Positions 23,605-37,881 of a stretch of DNA of 47,941 bases are shown here, in pieces. The DNA comes from Octopus sinensis (lineage: Eukaryota), in contig NW_021834188.1 in NCBI RefSeq assembly GCF_006345805.1, forward strand, positions 1 to 47,941, read 5' to 3'. The stretch's first letter is position 1. The number at the start of each line of letters is the position of its first letter. Under the pieces are notes generated by a model that saw nothing but the letters and a program-made list of their open reading frames with translations, did no database searches and was not told the DNA's origin. A program made the translations under genes and the position numbers.

Positions 23605-24265
23605 CCATTTCTCATACTAAATGGGATTAACACCAAACTAAGTGGGATTAGCAGAAAACTAAATGGGATTAACGTCAAACTAAGTGGGATTAACATCAAT
23701 CTAAGTGGGATTAATAGCAAACTAAATGGGATTAACACCAAAAAATTCTTTGTTTAAAATTTTATGTTAACGATACTTGAGATGTCGAGCGATACTTGAT
23801 TTTGATATTGATAATTTCGGAAAAATTAATTCAAATTTTCGTTTAATTCCATGAAGGGTAATTGTGCTATCGTCTTCAATGCATGATATACAAAAGTCGA
23901 TATGTTCTTTGTCAAACTTTTTTCTATAATTTCCACCTCTCGTGTCAGGTTTAACTCCATCCCTTATCCAACGATATGCTGTTGTTCTCGAGATATTGAG
24001 TTCAATTGCCGTTTTTTTCCAATCCCCACCTGATTCTGCAACTGAAATTAAATGTATTTTATTTCTATGTATTTGATTTTTCTCTTCTAATGATTTACGT
24101 GGCATTTTTATTTGCTGCGTCAAAATATAATATTTATAATAAAAGTAATCCTTTATTGATCCCATTTAGTTCGTTATTAATCCCACTTAGTTTGATGTTA
24201 ATCCCATTTAGTTTTCTCCCAATCCCACTTAGTTTGGTGTTAATCCCACTTAGTGTGGGAAATGG
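23605..24265 (-). mobile_element. Tc1/IS630-like non-autonomous element with modular TIRs and TA TSD
   Basis: TA-ccatttc...gaaatgg-TA; TIRs made of 21-bp actaa(a/g)tgggattaa repeats; ORF 23767-24165 encodes only the HTH region (ISRTTAYRWI...DDSTITL...SISKSSIARHL), no DDE domain. Confidence 0.88.
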
Positions 24266-24697
24266 TATAGATGATATTTTGAAATGTGAGAGATGTATTA
24301 TGTCGCGCCCCACGCTGGCGACCAGAGCGACCTTCATTGTTGACAGGGTTGACAGGGTGACCTACTTAGTTTGACACTAATTACTGACTAAAGATAATTC
24401 CTAAAAATTTGAAAAACTTAACATTTTTTAACTCTATTGATAGTAACTATCTTGTTTCATCTATCAAAAGATATTGAAAACGGTATTTAGTATAATCATT
24501 ATCAGTATACAACAAGACTTTAGCTGTGCGGTGGGGCGGCCTTGGCATGAGATCTTATTCCGATTTCTTCTGGATTAAAGCAGTTCACCGAATTATTCTC
24601 TGACTCGATCGATGGTGTGTCAACTCTCCATTTGAAAGGTTATTTGATTTTATTAATAGTTTTTATTACAAGGTTTAACGTTTATAAAGTTTATTTG

Positions 24698-25092
24698 ATC
24701 TGCTTGCATAATACGCATGTAACAATAAGAAAAAGGAGGGGTTTCACCCCTTACTTTGAGAGATGCTTTATCTAATGGCTCACTATGATAAATCACAAGT
24801 CTAAAGAGTTGTCTTTTGGATTAAGAGTTTTATAAACCTTTCCATTAAGGATAATGACAACTTCTTATATTGGTTCCTACAACAAAACATGTAATATGAT
24901 GATTATAAAAAAGCCCTGGCTTTGTTTTAGTTTTAATTTAGATCCCATTGTTCGCCCTGCAATATGAAGGCCATTGATAATACGAGGACCTGTTGTTACG
25001 TAGTATAAGCGTTTTCCAAGGGCTTGCATCAAACCACCATGCGTTTGATTTGCAGAGATGATTCCGGTCATTCCTAAAGAGTATTGAGCTTG
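24698..25092 (-). pseudogene. Chlamydiae-type DUF3604 C-terminal fragment, copy B
   Basis: Duplicate of 681-1075. Confidence 0.75.
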
Positions 25093-25203
25093 GATTGCTT
25101 TTTTATCTTGTTGATAGCGAAGATATGAATCAAATTTTTCTCCAGTCAGGTTAAAAGCGGACAAATTAAACGCAAGTTTTAAAGGAATCATGAGAGAAAC
25201 TGC

Positions 25204-26034
25204 TTAATCAATTTCCTTTGATTGACGAAGCTTTCCGGATCAGCAGAGCTCTGTTCGGAGAGTAAAGTAGAAGTCAATGTGGTTTAAATTAACGAGTTTG
25301 AATTTTTTTGACTGCGTCTGATTTTAATCGTTTCTCCCGTTTTTAGCTCAAAGCGGTTGAGACCATTGCAGAAACTTCAATGGACTCATTTTCACTCACA
25401 TACTCGTTTTAAATTTTGCGGTTTAGTGTAAGAACGAAAGGACGATTTGAAATGGTATGTAAACAAATAGAAGTTAAGACAAAAGCATTAATATCAGGGC
25501 TTAAGATAGGACTACCGGCAACTTAAAGAGTAAGCTGTTGACATATTAAAGGTTGCTAAAATGACACTATCAGCTTCAAGCCTATTCAGATAAAGATAAC
25601 ATAAATTGCCATTTTAATAATAATAGGATTGTGTACTAGTTGTAGGAGACAATTCTTTATGGAAAAGAAAGACTTTTTACTTTGAGATGTTCCTTCGATC
25701 ATTATTCTATTTTTAAATGTGAACTGCCGGTGAATTAAATCTTCCAGTCAGAGGATGATATTGATGATTTGAACATCTGCCATAAACCCGAGATGCCCGA
25801 AATTAATTCATAAAATAACTGCATCGATATCAGCGTACTTATGCGCTACGCGCAAGATAGATCCATCTCCTCTCATTGTGATCAACCATTCAATATCCTA
25901 CGAGTTTGCCGAGAAAAGAGGTGCCTCTTAAGATCGCTTGCTTTATCATCTCCAACAGCAACCTGGATGCTTTTTTTAGAAAAGATATTTTTTGATTTCT
26001 CTTTAGTTTTTGGAAAAAGAGCAATTTTTTTCAT
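25204..26034 (-). pseudogene. nadK: Bacterial NAD kinase pseudogene, copy B
   Basis: Duplicate of 1187-2017 with the same lesions. Confidence 0.88.
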
Positions 26035-27369
26035 TGGACCCTGGCAGTTTGTTTTGAAGAAGTCTCTAAAACCTGTAGCAATATTGTCGGGGTAAAGTCC
26101 AACTTCTTTTAACAAGTCTGCATGATTAGCATGCTGATTTCCTAACGTGTAAATGAGTCAAGCCTTCTTGGACAATAAAAGAATTGATAATCGATCCCAT
26201 GCCACTTTGAAGTGAATGTTTTTCAATTATAACAACACCTCGAGAATTTTCAAAGTATCTTCATCCAAAGGTTTAACAAAGATTGGTCGATGACTGTTCC
26301 ATCAAGGTCTTCTAAAAGCAAAAGCTCGCGTGTTTGCAGACCAATATCCACCACGTGGCCAAAAGCTACTATCGTTAGATTTTTTCCTTTTTAAGGGATT
26401 CTTTGCTAAAAAAACTTTTTCGAATTGAATCTCTTCGTCAACTGTCTGTAAGTTAGGATAGCGGATAGCAGATGGAAGTTTCCATACGAAAGCACTTTGT
26501 AGGAGGGCTTTTAGCATATTCCTTCCCGCCTCAAGGCTGCGCGATAAATATATTGGGCATGGCATTCAATATCTTAGAGCCCTTGAGCAGTGATTCCATC
26601 ATCAAAAGCTAGACCAGGGCGATTAATGATGCTTTTGAACACAAACATTGTGATAAATGTTATCAAAAGCACGCTGGAGGAAAGTTGATTAGACAAAGGC
26701 AATGACTTTTAGTTTTTCATTATAGCTCATACCTAGAGAGTAGGCAAAAGAGTTTCCCTCGGTAATGACTGCATCTATGCAGCTGTCTAGATATCGCTTC
26801 ATAAAAACATCTGAGCAAGAGCCGACGTGCATAGCAGGTGTGATAGCAACAATATTGGGATCTTCTTCAGCAAACTTGAGAACGTGCTTTCCAAAAAACT
26901 TTAAAGAATGTTAGCCTAGGATTTTTATAAAAATGTAATTCTCCTGTTTTTCTATTAAATAGTTTTCCTTTTTGATAAGGCGTTGGATGCATGCCTTCTC
27001 TTTTTATGCCTTGTCCTTTTACTGGAAGAATGTGAACGAGGGTAAAGGGGTCCTGATCTTTCAGTGCTTTGATAGTATCGATAAGCTTTTTGATTTCATG
27101 CACATCGATGGAGACCAAACTGCTTAAATTTAGCAGTGCTAATCACGTTTTTCATTGATTCTTTCATCTGATTGCATGCTCGATAAGTGTTTTTCCGTAA
27201 CCTGGAATTCTTAGAATGACTTTTATTAGGTCGTCGTGAAAGTGGTTAGCAATAAGGCTATTAAAAAATGGCTGAGAATACTCGTTACAGCGCTTACATT
27301 TTTGGTAATTGCCATGGCATTATCATTGAGAATAAAGGTGAATTTTTCAAGTTTTTTGGGAATGCTATT
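26035..27369 (-). pseudogene. dxs: Bacterial dxs pseudogene, copy B
   Basis: Duplicate of 2018-3353 with a few substitutions and a 1-nt indel near 27176. Confidence 0.92.
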
Positions 27370-27456
27370 TAGTGTTTGAATTTTTTGTTCGGCGTTGTTT
27401 AGCTTTCGACGGCCATGAGCAATTAAGTGGTTAGCTTCTTGAAAATGAAGGGAGGC
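27370..27456 (-). pseudogene. xseB: xseB fragment, copy B
   Basis: Duplicate of 3354-3440. Confidence 0.6.
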
Positions 27457-27690
27457 AATGCCAATTGCTTGATTAACTGGATCTACTGAACGTATTTTTC
27501 ATTTTGTTTTCCTTTTAGAATCAATAGAAGATGTATTGTAAGAATGGGGAAAAGAGATCACTGCATGTGGATCTAAAAACTCTGAAAAGTTCTCATTTCA
27601 ATTGAAAGTAAATTAAGCAAATCTTGACTTCAAATTTTATTAAGCTTTTTCCTTTAGCGTTCATTCTTGAAGAGAACTAAAAACTTGGTA

Positions 27691-27930
27691 CAGTATACAC
27701 TGGTCAATTGCATATTGGTTAATTGCATATATAGGCTAATGACATAAATTTATGTTGAAACCATATTTTATATGCTTTCCATTCAACATATATCGATCAA
27801 TTTGATAAATCGGTTAATGAAACTGGATGAAGCATTGGAAAGAGAGAAACAACGTATCATTTAAACGCATTTATGGGGGAAAAAAGATTCCAAAATAAAT
27901 GGTCATTGGGACAAGAAAGAATTCTAGATG
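27691..27930 (+). mobile_element. pogo/Tigger-like remnant, copy B
   Basis: Diverged duplicate of 3697-3960 with a small deletion. Confidence 0.55.
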
Positions 27931-29225
27931 CTTCAAAGAAACCAAAACACTTCCAGTTAACTAAGTTGTTAATAAAATATCACGTCAATTTCAGTAGAAT
28001 TAAAGAATGCGTGATTGACATCACACATTTTTGAAAACTGGTTATCACGTGTTATCAGTCATAATTGCATGTCTACCTTTTATAGGGTAAATATTTCCTG
28101 CTGAAACGAGAATAGTAAAAGTTTCCAGTGATCTTTTTATTGAATTTTTTAATAAAAGGTGTAAAGAAATGTGGATTTTGCTTAGACGGTTGCTTGCTGT
28201 TACAAATTTTTCTGTTATTTTGTAAATCTTCGACCGTTTCTACAACCTCTATCCATTCAAAATACTAATTATGGAGAAGAATAACAGGACTTTCTGTTTG
28301 ATTTGTTCAAGATATCTTAAGCCAAATCCACGCGTGTACATTGAGTCAAAAATATCGGTGATAACTTCGCGAGGTGAATTTGTATTATTTAGATTCTTGA
28401 TTATAGATTGATCGATTTTCAAATTGTTTGGTTATAGGCAGAATAAACAGTATTCTAGTGGAGTTTGCGGTGAACTTGACATAGGCTTGGTCTCAAATGA
28501 ATAATTAACTCATAACAGCTGCTGATTTGACCTAACAGCTGCTGATCAGAAAAATAAGAGAATAAAAAGGTTAATGTATCGATTTTACCTGGATAAGAAA
28601 CATTTCCTTTTGTTAGTCGATAAACTGCTTGAGTTACGAAAGCGTAACTAAAGAAGCCATACCAATTACTGTAATAGTTGAAATAGCGGGAACTATGGCT
28701 TGAGAAGATGACATGATTAGCAGCGATTTAAATGATTGCCGTTTTTGGCGCAAAGGAGAACTTGAAAAATAGCCAGTTGCAAAAGGCAGAATATTTTGAT
28801 CGATCTTTTCTGCGTTCATAGAATTTGCAAAGGCATATAAAGCTAGAACATCTGTAGGGAAGGTAAAGACAGGTCCGATCGTTGTTAAGTTCTACCACAT
28901 CCATACACCCAGCTAAAGCATAGATTCACTTCCTAGGACAATCAAGCTAACAATCATTTCTCCTAGACTAAATTGAAAAAAAGGTTTACGCCTGACTTAA
29001 TCCACCAAATTGAAAAATCGTATAGGCTTAATAGATAATTGTGTTAATGCCAGTGACTTTTTGGATAATTAAGAAGTCAAAGACTAGCGAAAAGGGATTC
29101 AAAAAATATGATTTTGCACAACCGACACTGACTGTTATGGAAAATAGTCCCTTGATGAGTTTTGTAATTTAATGTCTGCCCGAAAAATGTTGATATTTAA
29201 CACTTAACCAATAAAACAGTCATAT

Positions 29226-30695
29226 TTATCGACAAGGAACGTGACTAGTCCCCCCATTTCGATAACCCTCGCTGTCGTTTAATATCTTCGTTGCACAATT
29301 TTTGAGTAAAAAACGAACTTTGCGTGCTTTTGCAACAACATTGGCGGTAATCCGTTTGGGGGGACTCACTTCCTCGTCATTCTGGCGAACCCTCTTAACA
29401 GGACTGCTGTCGACCAACCCCTCGTCCATTGCCTGGGGCTCACATTGAGGAGTCGAGGACTAAAAATATTGGAAATGTCCACTTTTTTGTCGGAACACAA
29501 CTGATCGACCTTCAATCCAATTGTCCTCAGTTCTTCCCTCATTATATTCAACATCCCTTGTTGGGGGGTGGCTTCGATCACGTTGAAGAGATTGTTGAGT
29601 GAGCTTGGCAGGGAGATTGTGTCTCCTGAGGGGATCCCTTGAAGGGACTCACCGAGGGACCACAAAATTGAATTTTTGACTGATTCGAAATCCCGGGACA
29701 TGGCCAATTGACTCACAAACCGACGACAGCACAGGAAAAACGTGGTCAGTTGACGTTCGAGGGGACTCAACTGATTGTTGTCGGTGAATGTCTTCGAAAT
29801 GATTGTCTTCAAGTCCTCTCCTGACTCCAAGTCGACAAGAACTGATTTAAAACTGTCTGATGGGGCATTTTTTAAAGAATCAATTCGGGTTTTCAAAGAT
29901 TCGAGTTGTTTGGATGTCTTTTCGTAGAAATTCGACATTGAGGAAGATAAACTTGTGATTGTAGGGGACAAATCGTGTGCCTGGTGGTCTATCTTGCGAC
30001 AATAGTAACGGAATAAGTATGTTCTTACAAATGTCTTGTCATCTAATATATTTTAATTATTTATTAAATTATATTTAATATATTTTTAATTAATTATTTT
30101 TTTAATTTAAATTTTGTTTTTGTGGTCAAAGGGACCGGTACTTAACCTTGTGGTAAAATCGTGTCAGAAAAGCTAATGATTTTAGCAAGATCAGGTCGAT
30201 TAGTGGCCTGATCCTCGGGGTAGATGTGCTTCAGTACATTAATAAGCACTTGTCCATTCCCCGACAAAACAGCAGCCTCCGATAACTCGTTAATAGACTT
30301 TTCATCACATTCCCACAAAGCCATTGCCATGAGCAATTGATAGATCTATAGGATATTAAAATCAAACAAACATTCTCCACGTTGTTGTTGAGTTCTATTA
30401 ATGCCGCTTTGAAGTTGTCAATATCTGATTCTGAGTTATATTTGGCTTAAATAGAGTCTTTCAAACAACCGGAAATATAATCGACGACCAAAACCAAGGC
30501 TTCGTCGTTGCATTCAAATTCGACTGTGGGAGAGTTTGAGCTTAACGTGAGATATTAGGAATACATATATTCTACTAGACGGGCTAAGATGAGGGAGTCG
30601 TTCGTATACTCTGCGGGGTACTTTAATAGCTCAGTCGCCTACGGTAAATTTGAATACTCACAGAAAACCCACTGTCGGAACACACCACGATTCAT
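29226..30695 (-). CDS. Multi-exon orphan gene, copy B (reading frame appears intact)
   Basis: Exon ends ...ISFSDTILPQ-G|gt (phase 1) and joins ag|AT-GAC... in frame with ORF 29366-29971. Confidence 0.62.
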
Positions 30696-30861
30696 TATGT
30701 TTATTTTATTAAATGTTATCTAATTTTATAATTATGTTAAAAGTCATATTTTCTAGAATATATTTTAATCTCTTTCTTAACTTTTTCTTTTTCCATAAAA
30801 TTTTACAATATTGAATTTTTGGCAGTCCATATGTTCCGGACCAGTGATTAAAACGAAAAAA

Positions 30862-30980
30862 ACTTACGATCACACTTAGTCGTAAATACCCGTTCCCATC
30901 TGAACACAGAAGTTAAGCGATTACAGGCTGTTCTAGTACTTTGCTAGGTGACTGCTGGGGAACAAACAGTGTCGTACTGT
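30862..30980 (+). rRNA. 5S rRNA: 5S rRNA gene or pseudogene, copy B variant
   Basis: Duplicate of 7371-7489 with about 5 substitutions. Confidence 0.82.
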
Positions 30981-32147
30981 AATATATTTGTTAATTTCGA
31001 CCACTTTCTTATTGAAATTGAGAACAAGATTTGTTACTTCACTTGATTTTGATGAGATCTATAAGTCACATCGGCGGGTTCGCCAGCCGGAAAGTCTTGA
31101 TCATAAGTGGCGGTGGATGATATGTGTAAACATTTTGGTTAACATAGGTACTCTCTTGAGGTGGATTTTCTCTGTTTTTGTTTAAAAAAACGTATCTCCT
31201 GCATAGATTTGTCCGTCCAATTTTAGATAGAATCATTGACGTCATTGGTGACATCTTTAAGGGCCCCAGTAAATTTATAGTTCATTGTGCTTGGAAATTA
31301 TGCAAATTCAGAAAGAAAAATGGTGACTTATCCTAACTTCTACACTTATTCCCCAGGAACTAAACCTTATACGTGGAAATGTAATTTCAACACTAAACAC
31401 AGGAATAGGAAATATTGAAACATATCCCTTTGGGATTATTTAGGAGTTCCTTTTGTGGCAACCCTAATACAAACTCCATTCCATCAATCTATCGCATCTT
31501 AGCAGCAAGTCTTTAAAAGTCAAGCCTATCAATTATTTGCAAAACATATTTCATTTCCAATTGAAAAATTGTATTTCGATTTATGAAAGTTCATTTTTTT
31601 TATTCATCCGTTTAATTTGAACAGTAGAGATTTATTTTTAGCTGCTTTATCGATTTCATATTTACTTTAACATCCATTATAGCCGGTAAATATCCATTTA
31701 TAGCCTGCATTAATTTTATACTTTAAGTGGAATAGAAAATTTGCAAATTGAGCATTCTTGACGACTTGTTCTATAATTTTCCGCTTTATTGTAAAATAAG
31801 AGTGTAAATAATCCTGTCGAGTTTACAAATTCTAGAAAGGTTATATCGATGAATAGAATCTTTAATAGTTTCCATTCCATTTTCATTATTTATGAAAATA
31901 ACTAGTTTTTTGAAATCTTTTGATTTTGAGGTATAATCAGTCATCAATAACAATACATTTGATAGATTTTTTAGTTAATTTATATTTTATTTGCCTTGAG
32001 GATGTCTGTACAGGTTCGCCATTTAAGATACACACGATAGATTGATATTTTGCCACATTTTGGACAAAACCTGTTATTGTATATATAGGGGAAAACATTT
32101 TAGAAAGGACATGTTTAAAATTCTAAAATAACGCTAAAAATATTAAA

Positions 32148-33399
32148 TGTCACCGTTTCTGTGTGATAGCGGATTGAGAACGATCGCGCTAAATCGATTT
32201 ACGCCGCTTGCCGTAACATCGAAAATTAACAGTAAGCGACCAAGAAGGTTAAATACAAGTCATTAAGTATTCAAACTTAATATTACATCGGCCACGCAAT
32301 ACCTATGGGCAGCCTGTTACATCAACCTTGAACTAAGATTAACTTCAATTAATTTCATTTTATTAAAACCACAGAGAATAAAATTTAGCTAACTATTTTT
32401 TAATGTAGTCATTAGTACAGTTGATATTTCTCCTTTCGAATTTTTATCTATTAAATTAAAATATCTAAAACTACCTCCACGCGATTATTCGATAAAATAT
32501 TAATTATTTCTGAGGCAGAATAATATGGAGACTCAAACTTATCCAGTCGCAATGAAGGATTTGTTCCAAAGTCCTTTTTAACCCGAACCTATTTATTAAT
32601 ATTTCTAATTTGTACTTTATCTCCCACACTAAAAGTATACTTACTATTATGAACATTCATTCTCCTGTTCATAGCTTTGTAATAACTTGAATTTTCATCA
32701 ATTGGGTTGATTTCGAAATTAAATCTCTTCGCAGTTGGAAACATATTGTCTGACTGGGAATAATTTAGATTTAGATTCAAAATCGAATTACATGATAAAA
32801 ATTTTAAATTAACGTTGAAAATCTTTTCAGATCTATTATGTCTATTTGAAAACGTTCATTTGGACAAGAAGCGAACGGATGGTGATTTATATCCCCAATT
32901 TATAATTAAACAAATTTTTTGAAGTTTTAAAAGACGCGAAAATTTGCAAACTTCACAATTTCGAATGACTTTTCTGATAATCTCATTCTTGACAGTGAAA
33001 TATCTTTTTCGAAATTCATATTCAATTTTATTTACTTCTCTGTGTGAAAACTCGTAAATCAGAATTCGCCAGTGGCCGCACCGCAGATAGCAAACAAGTT
33101 TCCTTGCAAGATTGTTATTGATACCCTCTGGTACAGCCAGCTGGTTTCCCGGGAGTCATTTTTCTTTTTTCCAATGAGCTTCCCGATCAACCAAAGATTT
33201 TTCAAAAGTTCAAAGCTTCAGAATTTGTGCACAAACATATATTCAACAAGTATCGCGAAAAGATAGCTAAGTATAAGTAAGAGGTATTATATGTTTTCAA
33301 AGTTTCAGGTTATTTACTTTAATCACTACATTCGTGATTCACTCAGACCCAGTCTACTTCATCCATTTTCGACCACCAAAAGAAACAGAGAAAGTGACA
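32148..33399 (-). mobile_element. Degenerate Ginger-like element, copy B
   Basis: Duplicate of 8651-9898. Confidence 0.6.
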
Positions 33400-34274
33400 G
33401 AAAGAAAAAAAAAGGATTTATGTCTATGATCATTATCAAAGGAATCGTTCAATAAATACTTTTTAAGCAATTATGTTAGATCTTTGATTTTATCGTAGCA
33501 AGGAGTTAAATTGATCTAGAAAAGTCCACACAGTTGCTCTAGTAGAAAAAAGTGGACATAATTAAGAGAAAAAAGGGAGATCCAAGGAAATATCTAGGTA
33601 TATTGCTTTTTGATGTTCGCTACTAATGTCAGATTTTGAACGACATGCTTTCGACAACGTAAAAGCGAATTATTTTAGTGAATTGCACTTGGCACATAAG
33701 GATATATGCTAAGTTTATATTTAAATTTTCTCACATTTTGTTTATACAAAAACTCAATACAGCTGCATGATATTAAACAACGAAGTTGGTTTTTATCTCT
33801 AAATGAAAGCTATAATTTCGTATTTCAAAAAAGGTAGAAATTATTTCATGAAGCTTATCAACGGAGTGGGGAGATAGTTAGCTTGAAATAAAAATTATAA
33901 AGATTTTGAATTTTTTGGCTTTTGGAGTTATAACGCCATAACTGAAGAAAACAATAACATGGAATCTCAATTCCCCTCTGTATTCAAATTAAGGACACGA
34001 TTTCGTTAAAGGGCTTGAGTGCTTTTTTGCACTCCAACTGTGTAAAAATGTAGTTCTGTAGTAATTTGATTTGTTTGACGTTAATGGTATAGAGTTATTT
34101 AAAAAATGCATTAAACTCACAGTCAATTTAATATTTAAATACAATATCTACTCTAATCGATTTTTATATTATTATTAAATTCATGATCATCATCAAAGTA
34201 AATACTACTCAAAGGTCAAAGCATGTATTAGGAAAAGAAAGCAAAAAAGAAACAGCCATTATTTAAGAAGCTAA

Positions 34275-34900
34275 TCAACGCAAAAAACCGGAGGATTTGT
34301 CTAAATAAGTTTAATTAATATTATTAAATTTACCCGGGTCATCTTTCTTTTTATCTAAATATAATTTAAAACTGATAAAAACTAACCATTTTCATTTTTT
34401 TTGTAAATATAATTTTTACAACCCGCATTTGGTTTTACTTTAATATCGAAATCAAACTGTGATAGCATTGCTTCTCTCCAATACTTTTCGTATGAGTCTG
34501 AAATGTCAATGATACCTAAAAATAATTTGAAATAATAAACGAATTGGCTTTATTCTCCAAAATTGATTCCAATGTGAAAAATTCTGGTTCCATTGCTGGT
34601 TCCATTGCGGAGAATTACAATTCTGGAAATTCTGGGTCCAATGCTGAGAATACGAATTTTGAAAATAATTTGAATCGTTCGGCCCAGTCGGATAACTTTG
34701 ATTATTGAAATCAAAATATCTAGTCGATTGTGTTTCATTTCGATTATTGTCAGTCGTTTCCCACCCTGGGCAAGATAAATTCAAACTCAGTACAGGGGCT
34801 TTCTTGTTTTACACATGTACATGGAATCCTCTTGCATTTACAATTCTCCTGTTCCGACATTAATAATCTTTCGTAAAATCGGTATTTATAGCCTACGAAA
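34275..34900 (-). CDS. Q/N/W-rich orphan gene 3' part, copy B
   Basis: Duplicate of 10772-11400 with several amino-acid changes in the repeat. Confidence 0.4.
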
Positions 34901-35569
34901 AACCGCGTTTATTTTGCTAACATATCGGCAGGTCAAATAACTTTAAAACATCAAGGCTACAACTAGTATATTCGTTTATAGTTTTAATAATTCAACTATG
35001 TTTTTAACACGCACTCTTTTACCTGCTAACATTTTCGAGTTGGTTCCCATGAAAGCTGATCTAAGAATACAAACCAATAGTCCCCAAAGGATTTAAATTG
35101 TCATTGATAAATTGTGAATGTTGTAAAAGGTAGGTTTTATAATAGTTAAAATCGTTATTTGTGAGACCTAATACATGAAAGCTTACATTTATAAATTGAG
35201 AATTTGATAATCAATATGAAAGTCGACGCTAATCAATAGAACAAGCTGATGTACCACTCATTTAGGGATTTTATCTTGGAGATTAAATTCGATAATTTCG
35301 ATCCTAACAAATACGGTTGGTTTTGTGTATTTCTAGACGAGCAAGTGTGATTATTTACTTACTCTGATTATTTCTGGTTTATTTATCTTATTTTACAGAT
35401 AAATTTGTTACGAGGTAGATTGGGATTAAATTTGCTGTTGATTAGTGACGAATGAATTTGTTAAAAGAGGTAATTGATTTGTTGACTTCTTTCAAAATTG
35501 GATTATTGATATAGCGAAATGTTTGACAATTTTTTAGATAAAATGAGAAACTAGTTAAAGGCTTTACCT

Positions 35570-36500
35570 AGACGCTCGACTACCCTTGCTAATAGCAAAG
35601 CCATTTCCACGGATCACAGCGATCGATAGACTGTCCAAAAGCTAAGGTGACTTTCTCGAGTCGTCTGCCAAAGGAGCAAGAAAGCGAACCGTTTTGGGGC
35701 AGAAAATGCTGGAGGACTCCAAAGCAATTGGACATCGAGTTTGAAAGGTGGTCGTACTTGAGAATCCTGTGATTCTTGTCCTGCCCTGACGCGTGCCCAG
35801 GATCGACAGGTGACTGGGCGAGATTTCCGCGCAAAAATGTGTCTGAACAAGTAGAATCCAAATAAGGAATTTCCTTGGCTCGTATGAAAACGCGGACAGC
35901 CCGTCTGGGCATTTGCCGTCTCCTATATTCAGTCCAATTGGTTCGAGGATTGACGGGACACACGCGAAAGCTAGGGCTCTCTGTATGATAACGTTGAGTT
36001 TTCTGTGTCGAGGGGCACGACCGGCAATCCGACGGGAAGCGAGAGGGTGGAAGCCGTATTCGTCAACAGTTTCCCAGCGGCGGCATTTGTGGGCCTAGCA
36101 GATCTTCAACCCAACACGGAAAAAAATTGCGATGCTCAAACAATTCTTGTCCATCAGATTCCGGAGATTTTGTCTTATTGACGTCAGATAGATTCAGAAT
36201 CGGGCAGTGAACACTCTTCAAGACAATTCTTGGAGATAATAAGCCGGATCTATTATGTTTGATAAGAAACATGACCGTCTATTCTTTTTTGAAGTGAAGA
36301 AAACGTCAACAGAAAACTTACAACAATTGGAATTAGAAAAGCTAATAAAATATGATCTCTTGGCAAAGTAATTGGAAATGATATTCCATGCGAGTGTCAA
36401 GGTAGCTCCAATTGTTTTTACATAAATGGTCCTGTGACATCAAACTTCAGAAAATATGTGAAGTCATTAAACATAAGATACTCCGGCTACACTCACCGAT
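35570..36500 (+). mobile_element. Remnant of a restriction-like-endonuclease non-LTR retrotransposon (R2/NeSL/Hero group)
   Basis: NKPDL..FDKKHDRLFFFEV...LELEKLIKYDLLAK...VKVAPIV, i.e. a PD-(D/E)xK RLE domain. 5' boundary approximate. Confidence 0.65.
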
Positions 36501-36630
36501 AACCCTGGGAGACAAAATAATGAAGAGATTATTGAGTCTTAATCAAAATACAGAAAAAGAAAACGTCATTTAGTTAAATTTATTTTTAGCTTGTTATCCT
36601 TCAATGTATTAGTAGTATTTAATAGTTAGA

Positions 36631-37796
<1,166 letters not shown>

Positions 37797-37881
37797 TTGA
37801 ATTGTTAATACTTTATATAATCAATATAATGCGGCTATTCTAAAAATATTTTTTATTAATAAAAAGAAACTAATTAATTCC

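Larger units (their letters stand above)
24016..35407 (+). repeat. Segmental duplication copy B
   Basis: Near-identical to 1-12577. Homology ends at 'cagataaatttg', where copy A continues into a Merlin-type terminus. Confidence 0.97.

Noticed and set aside
23610-23740. 21-bp repeats as a CRISPR array
   Set aside because: No unique spacers or cas genes; the repeats form the inverted termini of a Tc1-like element.
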